A stretch of DNA of 64,000 nucleotides from Sphyrna mokarran. Taxonomy: Eukaryota. The DNA is taken from positions 33,232,001 to 33,296,000 of the forward strand of contig JAGIQG010000004.1 in assembly GCA_024679065.1 (NCBI GenBank), in the 5' to 3' direction. Positions 1-10,515 of the stretch are shown piece by piece (within the stretch, counting starts at the first letter, position 1; the number at the start of each line of letters is the position of its first letter). The notes beneath the pieces were generated by a model. It ran no database searches. It saw nothing but the letters and a program-made list of their open reading frames with translations, and was not told the origin of the DNA. The position numbers and the translations under genes were made by a program.

Positions 1-1597
1 CATATCTCAAGGCGGTTATAGGTTGTTGTAGGTAATGTAGATACATTAATTAGTTTGCAGCACAAACCTGTAAATCCAATGAGTACATAAGAGATGGCCT
101 TCACGGATAGGTACATACCTCTTGTTTGCCACTCAAATGAAGAAGAATTTTGGTTACCCCTTTGCTCGAGTGTAAGGATGATTGGATAGTTTAATACCTC
201 TGTTGATGTATAAGATGCTGCACCCTAAGCTTGATTGACCATAGCCTGAACTTCCATCTAAATTGTCACCACAAGTTCAATAACTTAATGCCGTGTGCAT
301 AAAGATGATCACATGCTTCATATTGACTGCAATGCTTTGTTATCATATGCAAAGAGTGCACCTGAATCAGAGATGGATGACTCAAATTCCCAGGTAGACA
401 GTTCAATCATCGATTCATTGCTGATTCATAGCTATTTGTCTCTTACAGTCCTAGCTCTGGAAAAATGTATCTGTGCTGTTTGTCCCAGTCACAAGACATG
501 AGCATCCCTCACCCTTGCTGCTATGGACTTGTGCTCAATGATTTTCCCAGTCATTGACTTATAGATTAGTGGCAGTTTAAGGCAGCACCAGGTTCCTTTG
601 AATGTGAGGGAGGAGGTTCAGTGAAAAGTGAAAATAAGTGACAGACAAGTAGATCATATTCCCCAGTCTTGCCACTTACAAATGTTTGGTTTGGAGCGAA
701 GTGAGTTAGCACATGACCTTTTGAACGTGTGTTGGGGCATATAGGTTGCATGCTGCTTAAAAAAAATAGCAAAAAGGGGGAATAATTCTGAGAAGATGCA
801 GAACATGCAAATGGTAGCAGAAAGAGAGTCAATGCAGTGTGCTACTGTGATTGGAAGAGAGTGCTGGGGCTATAGATGATGCATAGCTAAGTGAGAGCAG
901 ATAGGTGGGTTTAGCTATCTTTGGCAGCTCTGGTAAAATCATTGATTTTCTGATGGCATTGTTTTGGGGTTCTCAATGCAATGTTGAGCACATGCAGCCA
1001 CCTCGACCCAACATTCTGGGTTATTCACGTGGTACTACACTCCCCTCATTGAAAAACAGAGTTTGTTTCTTTTCCCTCCTTTCTGAGGACTCCAGTTAAT
1101 TTTGATGCCCTAGGAGTCCACATTGAAAATATATTTACCAAGATTAAGCTCAACCATGTGATGAAGATGTGCAGGATGCCTTTAATTTTCATTACTGTGG
1201 CATAAATTCATTCTCTACTAAATTCATTCACTACAAAGTTTGTGTACGTAGGCCAGTCCATCATGCAAACCAGCTCCCATCCATTGACTCCATTTACATG
1301 TCCCGATGCTTTGGAAAAGCAGCTAATATATGTAATAAAAGGACCCCATGAACACCGGACACACTCCTTTCCACTTTCTGGAAGGAAAATGATACAAAAA
1401 CCTGAGAACATATACCAACCGACTTAAGAACATCTTCTTCCCTGCTGCATCAGGATAGACCTATCATATACTGAGCTGGTCTTTCTCTACACCCTAGCTA
1501 TGACAGTAACACTATATTCTGCACCCTCTCATTTCTTTTTCCCCTATGTACTCTATGAATGGTATGTTTTGTCTGTAGACAACACAGGGATCAATAC

Positions 1598-2285
1598 ATC
1601 ATAGAATCTTACAATGCAGAAGGAGGCCATTTGAACCATCGAGACTGCACTGACCACAATCCCACCCAGGCCCTTTTCCCACAACCATGCACTTTTCCTA
1701 AGCAGACCCATGACACTAAGAGACAATTTAGCATGGCCAATCCACCCTAACTCACACATCTTTGGACTGTGGGAGGAAACTGTAGCACTCAGAGGAAACC
1801 CATGCAACACCATAATCCCATGCATTTACCATAGCTAGTCCCCCTAATACTAAGGGCCAATTTAGCATTGCCAATCCATCTAAAGATTGCAGAATGCACA
1901 TCTTTAGACTGTGGGAAGAAACCAGAGCACCCAGCAGAAACCCACACAAGCACGGGGAGAACTTACAAACTCCGCTTAGACAGTGACCCAAGCCAGGAAT
2001 TGAACCCGGATCCCAGGTGTTGTGAAGCAGCAATGCTAACCACTGTGCTACCGAGTTGCTCCAAGTACAAAGAACAAAGAACAACACAGCACGGGAAACA
2101 GGCCCTTCGGCCCAATGAGCCCGCGCCGCCATCCTAACGTCTTAATGACATATAGAGACCAATATAGGGACAATTTGTTACCCAATCAGCCTAAGAGCAC
2201 ATTTTTGGGATGTGGGAGGAAACCGGAGCACCCGGAGAAAACCCACGCAACCACGGGGAGAACGCGCAAACTCCCGCAGACACAG
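1598..2285 (-). mobile_element. Cluster of HE1-like SINEs and LINE-derived tails
   Basis: Repeated cacatctttggactgtgggaggaaac cores; head gcagcaatgctaaccactgtgc near 2027-2050. Confidence 0.7.
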
Positions 2286-2744
2286 GCCCAAATCCATGTG
2301 TCTGCACAGCAACAGCGATAGTCTCTGAGCTGTCATGTTGCCCATCTGATGGTCCTTTTCAGTGTGTTCCAATATGTGACAATTATAATCAAAATCAAAT
2401 CCCTGCCATCATCTCCCTTTCCCTTGCCCCACACCAGTTCCACCAAGATGCCAACAACCAGTGTGGGTGCATCCAGGGAAATGAGGCACAAACCTGAAAT
2501 GGTCAATACTTATCACCCACATCATGATTGGGCACTGCAGATGCCCTACCCACTTTTCATCATTTTGGGATTAAAATCAGACTTCCTCTCCCACCTCCTT
2601 GAACGGTCAAGATTGCATCGAATGTTGGAAAATTAACTCCCATTTGTCAAAAAAAAAATGTAATGGAAACATTACATTTTATGAAGAAAATGAAATTCTC
2701 AACAGTATGCACAGGAAGAAATGATTTTACATTTTAACAAGCTT

Positions 2745-2799
2745 TTTATTTGACCTGGCAAATACACAATCCCGTGAGCTCACTAATGGTAATTTTATT
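2745..2799 (-). terminator. Candidate NETO2 polyadenylation signals (AATAAA x2)
   Basis: tttatt on + at 2745-2750 and 2794-2799, at the end of a repeat-free AT-rich stretch downstream of the stop codon. Confidence 0.4.
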
Positions 2800-3342
2800 C
2801 ATGTTGATGACCTGATCGAAATAATGTGTTCAATTAGCATGTAAAAAAACAGGCCATCACAAGTAGAAAATATTGCCATCCAAAACCATAGCCTAGCAGG
2901 GTCTAAAAATTAATACTTCTTTTTAAGTAAAAAAAAGATTCTTGAAAGGACTTTTGATGCAATTCTGCGTCTTTTCATTTTTTTTGTACTTCAGTTGAAA
3001 AGCTTCTTTCCAATGGACTGGAACAATTAGTGGGATAAACAGCAGGAAACCAAAGAATTAAACCTCTTAGCATATTTACAGTAAGGAATTACCACCCGAT
3101 AATACAATATTAGCAAGTTTCAGAACACAGAGCCTGGTATTAAGAACTGTTATGGACGGTTTGTCTCGCAGGAATAGTCAACCAGAAGGGTCAAGGAAAA
3201 GTGACCCAGTTCCACTTATTTTGTTACTGATTATTGGGTATATTAAAATGCCAAACGAAATTTCAAAGTGACAAAGCAGCATTTGCAAGAGGAAAAAAAG
3301 AGACTAAAAGATGGTGCTCAGTAATAGCACCACATTTCCATT

Positions 3343-3926
3343 TCAGAAGTCAATGGACATTGAACGCTGGACAGTGTCATTTCTGCCACGTACGTAGATT
3401 TCAGGAGGGATCTCCTCCATCACTCTGTCTTCAATGACTCTTTCTGGACTGTCTTGCGAATGCTTCAACGTGTAGCAGCTTTTCTTGAAGGTGCTATTAA
3501 ATGTTTTCATTGGCTGTGGCTGGGAGAAATCATTTCGAAACGGGAGATCCATTGTGCTTAAATTAGTCCTGCTCTGCTTCATGCTCGGCGGCTGAGAGCC
3601 ACAGTGGTGGTCGTGGATGCACCGGGAGGCATTGGATGAGGAGCGCCTGAGTTTATGGTAGTTCTCAAAGTCTTCAGACAAATCAGCCAAATCTGCCGTT
3701 ATTTCTTTATCTCGGAGAGAAAACAGCTCATAGTGGGGAGGGTCAAATACTTCTTGAAACCCCGATTTGTTAAAGGCTGCTTTGCGGGCCAAAACCTTTT
3801 TGCGAGGTTGTTTTACCTGCACGAGTACAGAAATGACAAGAAGAACCAGAACAATTCCTGAAGAAATACCAATGATTGTTCCGTGAGTTTTGGTAATCTG
3901 GTGAAAGAGACCGGGCTTTTTCTTTT
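3343..3926 (-). CDS. NETO2: NETO2 last coding exon: transmembrane helix and cytoplasmic tail
   Basis: Acceptor ttttttgcAG at 3928-3927, phase 1. Translates (E)[43 protein letters not shown]...[19 protein letters not shown]...SMSIDF*, recognisably NETO2 (mammalian end SISIDF). Stop TGA at 3345-3343. Confidence 0.96.
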
Positions 3927-4104
3927 CTGCAAAAAATAATAATACAAATACCCAAAGTGTAAACATCATCGATTTAAAAGAACATTCACACTAGTCCGCA
4001 GTTGGAACTTGTAAAGAATTAGACCAGGTGTTCAGGGCTGAATCCATAAATTAGCATTTGGCTGTTTATTTTTTGAAATAGGCTTACATCAACACTGCAT
4101 TGAA

Positions 4105-4374
4105 GTTACTATGAAAATTCCCTAGCCGCCACAGCCCCGCGCTGGTACATTGAGGGAGAATTTAATGTGACTAATATACCTAACCAGCATGTCTTTTGGA
4201 CTGTGGGAGAAACCCAGAGCACCCAGAAACCCACATGGACAAGGGGAGAATGTGCAAACGCCACACAGATAGTGATTCAAGCTGTGAATGGAACCCAGGT
4301 CCCTGGCACTGTTCATAGAACCCTACAGTGCAGAAGGAGGCCATTCAATCCATCAAGTCTGCATCAACTACAAT
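4105..4374 (-). mobile_element. Nested SINE halves left of the PLE palindrome (continue at 8028-8163)
   Basis: SINE body ...ccaggtccctggcactgt resumes as ctgtaaggcagcagtgctgaccactgtgcc at ~8135. The inner SINE tail 4312-4374 resumes at 8041. Confidence 0.7.
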
Positions 4375-4435
4375 TCAGTAAGAATTTAGCAACACCAATT
4401 ATTAATCCAACCGATTTATTTGATAGTAAAATAGC

Positions 4436-4465
4436 GAGCTTTCAACACTCCCGTGTCTTCATCAG
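4436..4465 (-). ncRNA. Mirror-copy hammerhead motif, sense to NETO2 pre-mRNA
   Basis: Exact reverse complement of 7895-7924. Confidence 0.8.
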
Positions 4466-4682
4466 GCAAGTGCAGTGTTCTGGTCTGCAATAGCACACAT
4501 CAGCACAGACAGTCAGAGATTGCTGATTAGAATGCGAATCCTTACATCTAACCTGCTATTCAAGTGTTAAAGTGGCTAACAATGTGTGTGAAGGGGATCC
4601 TGAGCATTGTTAGAGAATTGTGTATTTTCTCCAGACAGCACAGTAAGTGAGGTTTTTTGCTAACCCAGGCAAGTTACGGGGG

Positions 4683-6047
4683 TTACAGATAGTGTGTCAT
4701 GAAGCCAAGATCCCTGTTAAGACCGTCCTCATGTGTGCGGAGCTTGGCTATCAGTCTCTGTCAGCGACTCTGCGCTGTCGTGTATCACGAAAGCCCCCTT
4801 GAAGAACATTTACCCGCAGGTCGGAGGCCGAATGCCCATGACTGCTGAAGTGTTCGCCCACAGGAAGGGAACTGTTTTGCCTGGTGATTGTTGAGCGATG
4901 CTCATTCATCCGCTGTCGTAGTGTCTGCATGGTCTCCCCAATATACCATGCTTCGGGACATCCTTTCTTGCAACGTATTAGGTAGACAACGTTGGCCGAG
5001 TTGCAAGAGTATGTACCGTGCATCTGGTGAATGGTATCCTCACGTTTGATGATGTCGTCCATGTCTATGATCCGGCATGTCTTGCAGAGGTTGCTGTGGC
5101 AGGGTTGTGTGGTATTGTGGTCACTGTTCTCCTGAAGGTTGGGTAGTTTGCTGCGAACAATGATCTGTTTGAGGTTGTGCGGTTGTCTGAAAGCAAGAAG
5201 TGGGGGGGTGGGGATGGCCCTAGCGAGATGTTCATCGTCATCAATGATATGTTGAAGACTCCGGAGAAGATGTCGTAGCTTCTCCGCTCCGGGGAAGTAC
5301 TGGACAACAAAGGGTACTCTGTCCACCGTGTCCCGTGTTCGTCTTCTGAGGAGATCAGTGCGGTTTATCGTTGTGGCACGTTGGAACTGTCGATCGATGA
5401 GTCGAGCGCCATATCCTGTTCTCACGAGTGCATCCTTCAGTGTCTGGAGGTGTCTGTCACGATCCTCCTCATCTGAGCAAATTCTGTGTATACGGAGGGC
5501 TTGTCCATAGGGAATGGCTTCTTTAACGTGTCTAGGGTGGAAGCTGGAGAAGTGGAGCATTGTGAGGTTGTCTGTCGGTTTGCGGTACAGTGAGGTGCTG
5601 AGGTGACCGTCCTTGATGGAGATGCGTGTGTCCAAGAATGCAACTGATTCTGGAGAATAGTCCATGGTGAGTCTGATGGTGGGATGGAACTTGTTGATAT
5701 CATCATACAGTTGTTTCAATGATTGTTCACCATGAGTCCAAAGGAAAAAGATGTCATCAATGTATCTAGTATATAACCTTGGTTGGAGATCTCGTGTGGT
5801 GAAGAAGTCTTGTTCGAACCTGTGCATGAAGATGTTGGCATACTGAGGTGCGAATTTGGTCCCCATGGCTGTTCCGTGTGTCTGGATGAAAAGCTGATTG
5901 TTGAAGGTGAAGACATTGTGGTCCAAGATGAAGCGGATGAGTTGTAAAATTGCATCTGGAAACTGGCAGTTGTTGGCATTGAGTACTGAGGCAGTTGCAG
6001 CAATACCATCGTCGTGGGGGATGTTGGTGTAGAGCGCCGAGACATCC
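4683..6047 (-). pseudogene. Inverted second copy of the PLE RT/GIY-YIG ORF, truncated at DVSALY
   Basis: Same protein from DVSALYTNIP onward with two amino-acid differences (R/Q, M/V); a 1 bp deletion near 4760 ends the ORF at RRVADRD*. Confidence 0.92.
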
Positions 6048-6057
6048 TCATTCTCGT

Positions 6058-7677
6058 TCTCGTGGCTCTCATTCCATGTACTCCCCGCATTGGAGATCTC
6101 TACTGCCTTCCAAAGATACACAAGGCAAACATACCCGGCCGTCCCATCGTATCGGGCAATGGGACCCTCTGTGAGAACCTCTCTGGCTATATCGAGGGCA
6201 TCCTGAAACCCATCGTACAAAGAACCCCCAGCTTTTGTCTTGACACTACGGACTTCCTACAGAAACTCAGCACACATGGAGCAGTGGAAACAGGGACACT
6301 CCTTGTCACAATGGATGTCTCGGCGCTCTACACCAACATCCCCCACGACGATGGTATTGCTGCAACTGCCTCAGTACTCAATGCCAACAACTGCCAGTTT
6401 CCGGATGCAATTTTACAACTCATCCGCTTCATCTTGGACCACAATGTCTTCACCTTCAACAATCAGCTTTTCATCCAGACACACGGAACAGCCATGGGGA
6501 CCAAATTCGCACCTCAGTATGCCAACATCTTCATGCACAGGTTCGAACAAGACTTCTTCACCACACAAGATCTCCAACCAAGGTTATATACTAGATACAT
6601 TGATGACATCTTTTTCCTTTGGACTCATGGTGAACAATCATTGAAACAACTGTATGATGATATCAACAAGTTCCATCCCACCATCAGACTCACCATGGAC
6701 TATTCTCCAGAATCAGTTGCATTCTTGGACACACGCATCTCCATCAAGGACGGTCACCTCAGCACCTCACTGTACCGCAAACCGACAGACAACCTCACAA
6801 TGCTCCACTTCTCCAGCTTCCACCCTAGACACGTTAAAGAAGCCATTCCCTATGGACAAGCCCTCCGTATACACAGAATTTGCTCAGATGAGGAGGATCG
6901 TGACAGACACCTCCAGACACTGAAGGATGCACTCGTGAGAACAGGATATGGCGCTCGACTCATCGATCGACAGTTCCAACGTGCCACAACGATAAACCGC
7001 ACTGATCTCCTCAGAAGACGAACACGGGACACGGTGGACAGAGTACCCTTTGTTGTCCAGTACTTCCCCGGAGCGGAGAAGCTACGACATCTTCTCCGGA
7101 GTCTTCAACATATCATTGATGACGATGAACATCTCGCTAGGGCCATCCCCACCCCCCCACTTCTTGCTTTCAGACAACCGCACAACCTCAAACAGATCAT
7201 TGTTCGCAGCAAACTACCCAACCTTCAGGAGAACAGTGACCACAATACCACACAACCCTGCCACAGCAACCTCTGCAAGACATGCCGGATCATAGACATG
7301 GACGACATCATCAAACGTGAGGATACCATTCACCAGGTGCACGGTACATACTCTTGCAACTCGGCCAACGTTGTCTACCTAATACGTTGCAAGAAAGGAT
7401 GTCCCGAAGCATGGTATATTGGGGAGACCATGCAAACACTACGACAGCGGATGAATGAGCATCGCTCAACAATCACCAGGCAAAACAGTTCCCTTCCTGT
7501 GGGCGAACACTTCAGCAGTCATGGGCATTCGGCCTCCGACCTGCGGGTAAATGTTCTTCAAGGGGGCTTTCGTGATACACGACAGCGCAGAGTCGCTGAA
7601 CAGAGACTGATAGCCAAGCTCCGACACATGAGGACGGTCTTAACAGGGATCTTGGCTTCATGACACACTATCTGTAA
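6058..7677 (+). pseudogene. 5'-truncated PLE ORF: reverse transcriptase plus C-terminal GIY-YIG endonuclease
   Basis: RT motifs LPKIHK, PGRPIV, DVSALYTNIP, GTAMGTKFAPQYANIFM, YTRYIDDIF, FLD. Cys linker PCHSNLCKTC. GIY-YIG NVVYLIRCKKGC...YIGET...RMNEHR...VGEHF. A 1 bp deletion near 7623 shifts the last codons. Confidence 0.92.
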
Positions 7678-7894
7678 CCCCCGTAACTTGCCTGGGTTAG
7701 CAAAAAACCTCACTTACTGTGCTGTCTGGAGAAAATACACAACTCTCTAACAATGCTCAGGATCCCCTTCACACACATTGTTAGCCACTTTAACACTTGA
7801 ATAGCAGGTTAGATGTAAGGATTCGCATTCTAATCAGCAATCTCTGACTGTCTGTGCTGATGTGTGCTATTGCAGACCAGAACACTGCACTTGC

Positions 7895-7924
7895 CTGATG
7901 AAGACACGGGAGTGTTGAAAGCTC
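7895..7924 (+). ncRNA. Minimal hammerhead ribozyme motif in the PLE 3' terminal repeat
   Basis: CUGAUGA-A-[GACAC-GGGA-GUGUU]-GAAA-GC-UC: intact core boxes, 5 bp stem II with GNRA loop, minimal stem III. Such motifs are known from PLE pseudo-LTRs. Confidence 0.8.
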
Positions 7925-9965
7925 GCTATTTTACTATCAAATAAATCGGTTGGATTAATAATTGGTGTTGCTAAATTCTTACTGAGTTCTTACCACTCCA
8001 ATCCAACGCCGGCATCTTTACATCATGTCAACTACAATTCCCATAACCCCAGGCATTTACCCTAGCGCTAGTTCCCCTGACACTATGGGACAATTTATCA
8101 GGGCCAATCCACCTAACTCACACATCTTTGGATCTGTAAGGCAGCAGTGCTGACCACTGTGCCAGTAGTGTGTCATTACAGGCTCTTTGAGCTTGCTGGA
8201 AATTTCACATGAATTCTGCTGAGCTTATAAATTCATCAGACCCAATAATCATTCTATTTCAAAGTAATGGGCCATTATTCATTATTTTCAAATTTACTTC
8301 ATTTGTGGCCCCAAAAGTAACATCAATGTAAACAGATGATCCCTTTGGGGATGTGGAGAAACATGATTATTTTTTATGAAAATATGTCTATAATTATTTT
8401 ATAAACTGAAAAAATCCTGATTAAATGATATGATGATGAAACATCGGAACTCAACAGGAATTCTAAAATCTGCCATAATCTTTAAATCGAGATTTGTAAC
8501 AATTCCACAGTAATGTTTAAGGATCTTTAATGTGAAGCACGTTTTCAATGAAACCCACAAATCCAGATTTAACTTGAGACATACATTGAATGTGTCAGGT
8601 TAGGAGCACGAAGTGAGGGAGGGAAAGAGGGCAATGAAAGGGAATGACAGGCCCTGATGCCAGCGTTTTGTTCTCTTCACATCACAACCACAATCCACAA
8701 TCAAAAGAAAGTTATTTACCCAGGGAATACAAAGAACAAAGAAAATTATAGCTCATGAACAGGCCCTTTGGCTCTCCAAGCCTGCACTGACCATGCTGCC
8801 CAATTGGACTAAAACCCTCTACTCTTCTGGGAATCATAACACTCTATTCCCATCCTATTCATGTATTTTTTCAGACACCGCTTAAAAGTCAATATCATTA
8901 GGATGTAGAACTCATATCAATAAGGACCATTCGAGGTGATTAACACTGATGTATTTAAAGGGAAGTTAGAGAAAAACACGAGGGAGAATGGAATAGATGT
9001 AAAGTCCTTGGCCTCATTTTAACATAACTTAATCACTGTTCAGATTATCTCAGGGAAATAGGTAGCCTGCTCATTTTCATGGGGAAATTTCCTGTGGCGT
9101 GCCAATTTAAAGCATGAATACATCTCCCAAAGTGAAGATTTTGTGGTACTGGAATAGAAATATCCAATGTTCATTCTCTTTGCGTTCCCCCCACATCTTG
9201 TGTCCCTATTCTATCCCATTCGATGCATGCCTTGGGTTAAGATTAACCAGGCCTGTGATTAAGAGAATAAATTATAGGGTCCTTCCCATATTATCTGATG
9301 TTTGTGGGGGAATTCAGAGAAAGGAGAGAGGTATTTTTCGCTATTATTTCTGGAAGCATAACCAAAGTGACCTCCAAGAAGGCTAGACACGGTGGCAGAG
9401 AGGGTCAATACAAGCAGCATTGTCCCCAGGACCTGAGTTCAGTGTTGGAAGGAATTCAATGACTTCACAAGAGCAGCATGCGTGTCATTTTGATTTCTTC
9501 ACCTCTGTGTCTGTGAAACAATTAACAATGCACAAGTTCTCACCTGACTTTTGCCAAACCAGAAGTGATGGAAGATTTAATTATTGCAACATTCTTCACC
9601 CCTCAGCATCACTTTTTACAGTTCATCACTCCAACATATGATTCAGAATACAATCACAAGGACTTGCTGCAAAATCTCTCTTTCTCATTCCAGATGCACT
9701 TACCTCTTTGTTCCCTTTGTCCACCGCATTCACAATACACAATAAGGAATTCAAAATAAACATCTTTACCCAGAGAGGAGTCAGGATGTGGAACTTGCAT
9801 CCATAAAGGCCAATCAAGGTGATTAGCACTGATGAATTTAAGGGATAAACACATGAAACAGAAGGATGTATTGATAGAATTAGACGAATAAGGATGGGAG
9901 AAGGTTCATGTAGAATATAAACACTGGCATGGGCCTGTTATGCCAAAAGAGCTGTTTTTCTAATA

Positions 9966-10096
9966 AAATCAAAATACTGCTGATGCTGGAGATCTGAAAT
10001 AAAAACAAACTGCTGCATAAACTCAACAGGTCTGCAGTATCTGTGGAGAGAGAAACAGAATTAACATTTCGAGTCCAATATGATTCTTCTTCAGAA
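9966..10096 (-). mobile_element. PLE 3' terminal fragment (second family) with hammerhead remnant
   Basis: Minus strand reads CTGAAGA-AGAATCATATTGGACTC-GAAA-TGTT, followed by tctctctccacagatactgcagacctgttgag. Confidence 0.65.
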
Positions 10097-10379
10097 TAAA
10101 GCATAGTTTTTAAGTGGGTTTAATTTAGTCATAGAGTCATAGAATCATAGAACCCTTACAGAGCAGAGCAGAGCAGAGCTTGCACCAACACAATTCCATC
10201 CAGGCCCTATTCCCCATAACCCACATATTTACCCTGCTAACGCTCTTGACATTAAGGGACAACTAACCATGGCCAATCCACCTAACCTGCACATCTTTGG
10301 AAAGTAGGAGGAAACTGGAATACAGACACAAACAGTTACCCGAGGCTAGAATTAAACCCATGTCTCTGCCGTTATGATA

Positions 10380-10515
10380 GTAATAAGTCTTATCATACCA
10401 AGTTAAAGTCTAACAGGTTTATTTGGCACCAAATAAACCTGTTGGACTTTAACCTGATATCGAAAGACTTCTTACTGTATTTACGCCAGTCCAATGCCAG
10501 CATCTCTATATCATG
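10380..10515. mobile_element. Miniature PLE-terminus palindrome with 3' tail
   Basis: Arms gtaataagtct...tttgg / ccaaa...gacttcttac, centre near 10427, tail ending ...tcatg. Degenerate TSD ctgccgttatga (10366-10377) / ctgccgctgtga (10517-10528); interrupts a SINE. Confidence 0.75.

Larger units (their letters stand above)
4375..8027. mobile_element. Palindromic (head-to-head) insertion of a Neptune-type Penelope-like retroelement
   Basis: 4375-6047 is the reverse complement of 6313-7985. Spacer 6048-6312; unpaired tail 7986-8027; TSD tcaactacaat(tc) at 4364-4376 and 8028-8040. Confidence 0.95.

Noticed and set aside
3927-3969. N-terminus [14 protein letters not shown] of the 208 aa ORF as a signal peptide of a separate protein
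   Set aside because: It is intronic polypyrimidine tract upstream of the acceptor at 3927; its hydrophobicity comes from T-richness.
6014-7663. 549 aa and 489 aa ORFs as intact genes, or a bacterial retron / group II intron RT
   Set aside because: The called starts are GTG/TTG and the N-termini come from antisense junction sequence. The motifs are PLE RT plus GIY-YIG in a eukaryotic intron.
7663-7890. Selenocysteine/SECIS as in Naiad PLEs
   Set aside because: Domain order is RT then GIY-YIG (Neptune-like), the reconstructed ORF has no in-frame TGA, and no convincing SECIS was seen.
4375-7985. Palindrome as a fold-back assembly or read artefact
   Set aside because: It has a TSD, a one-sided tail, a unique spacer and arm differences, and the interrupted SINE resumes correctly on both sides. 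Artefact is unlikely, though only reads can exclude it.
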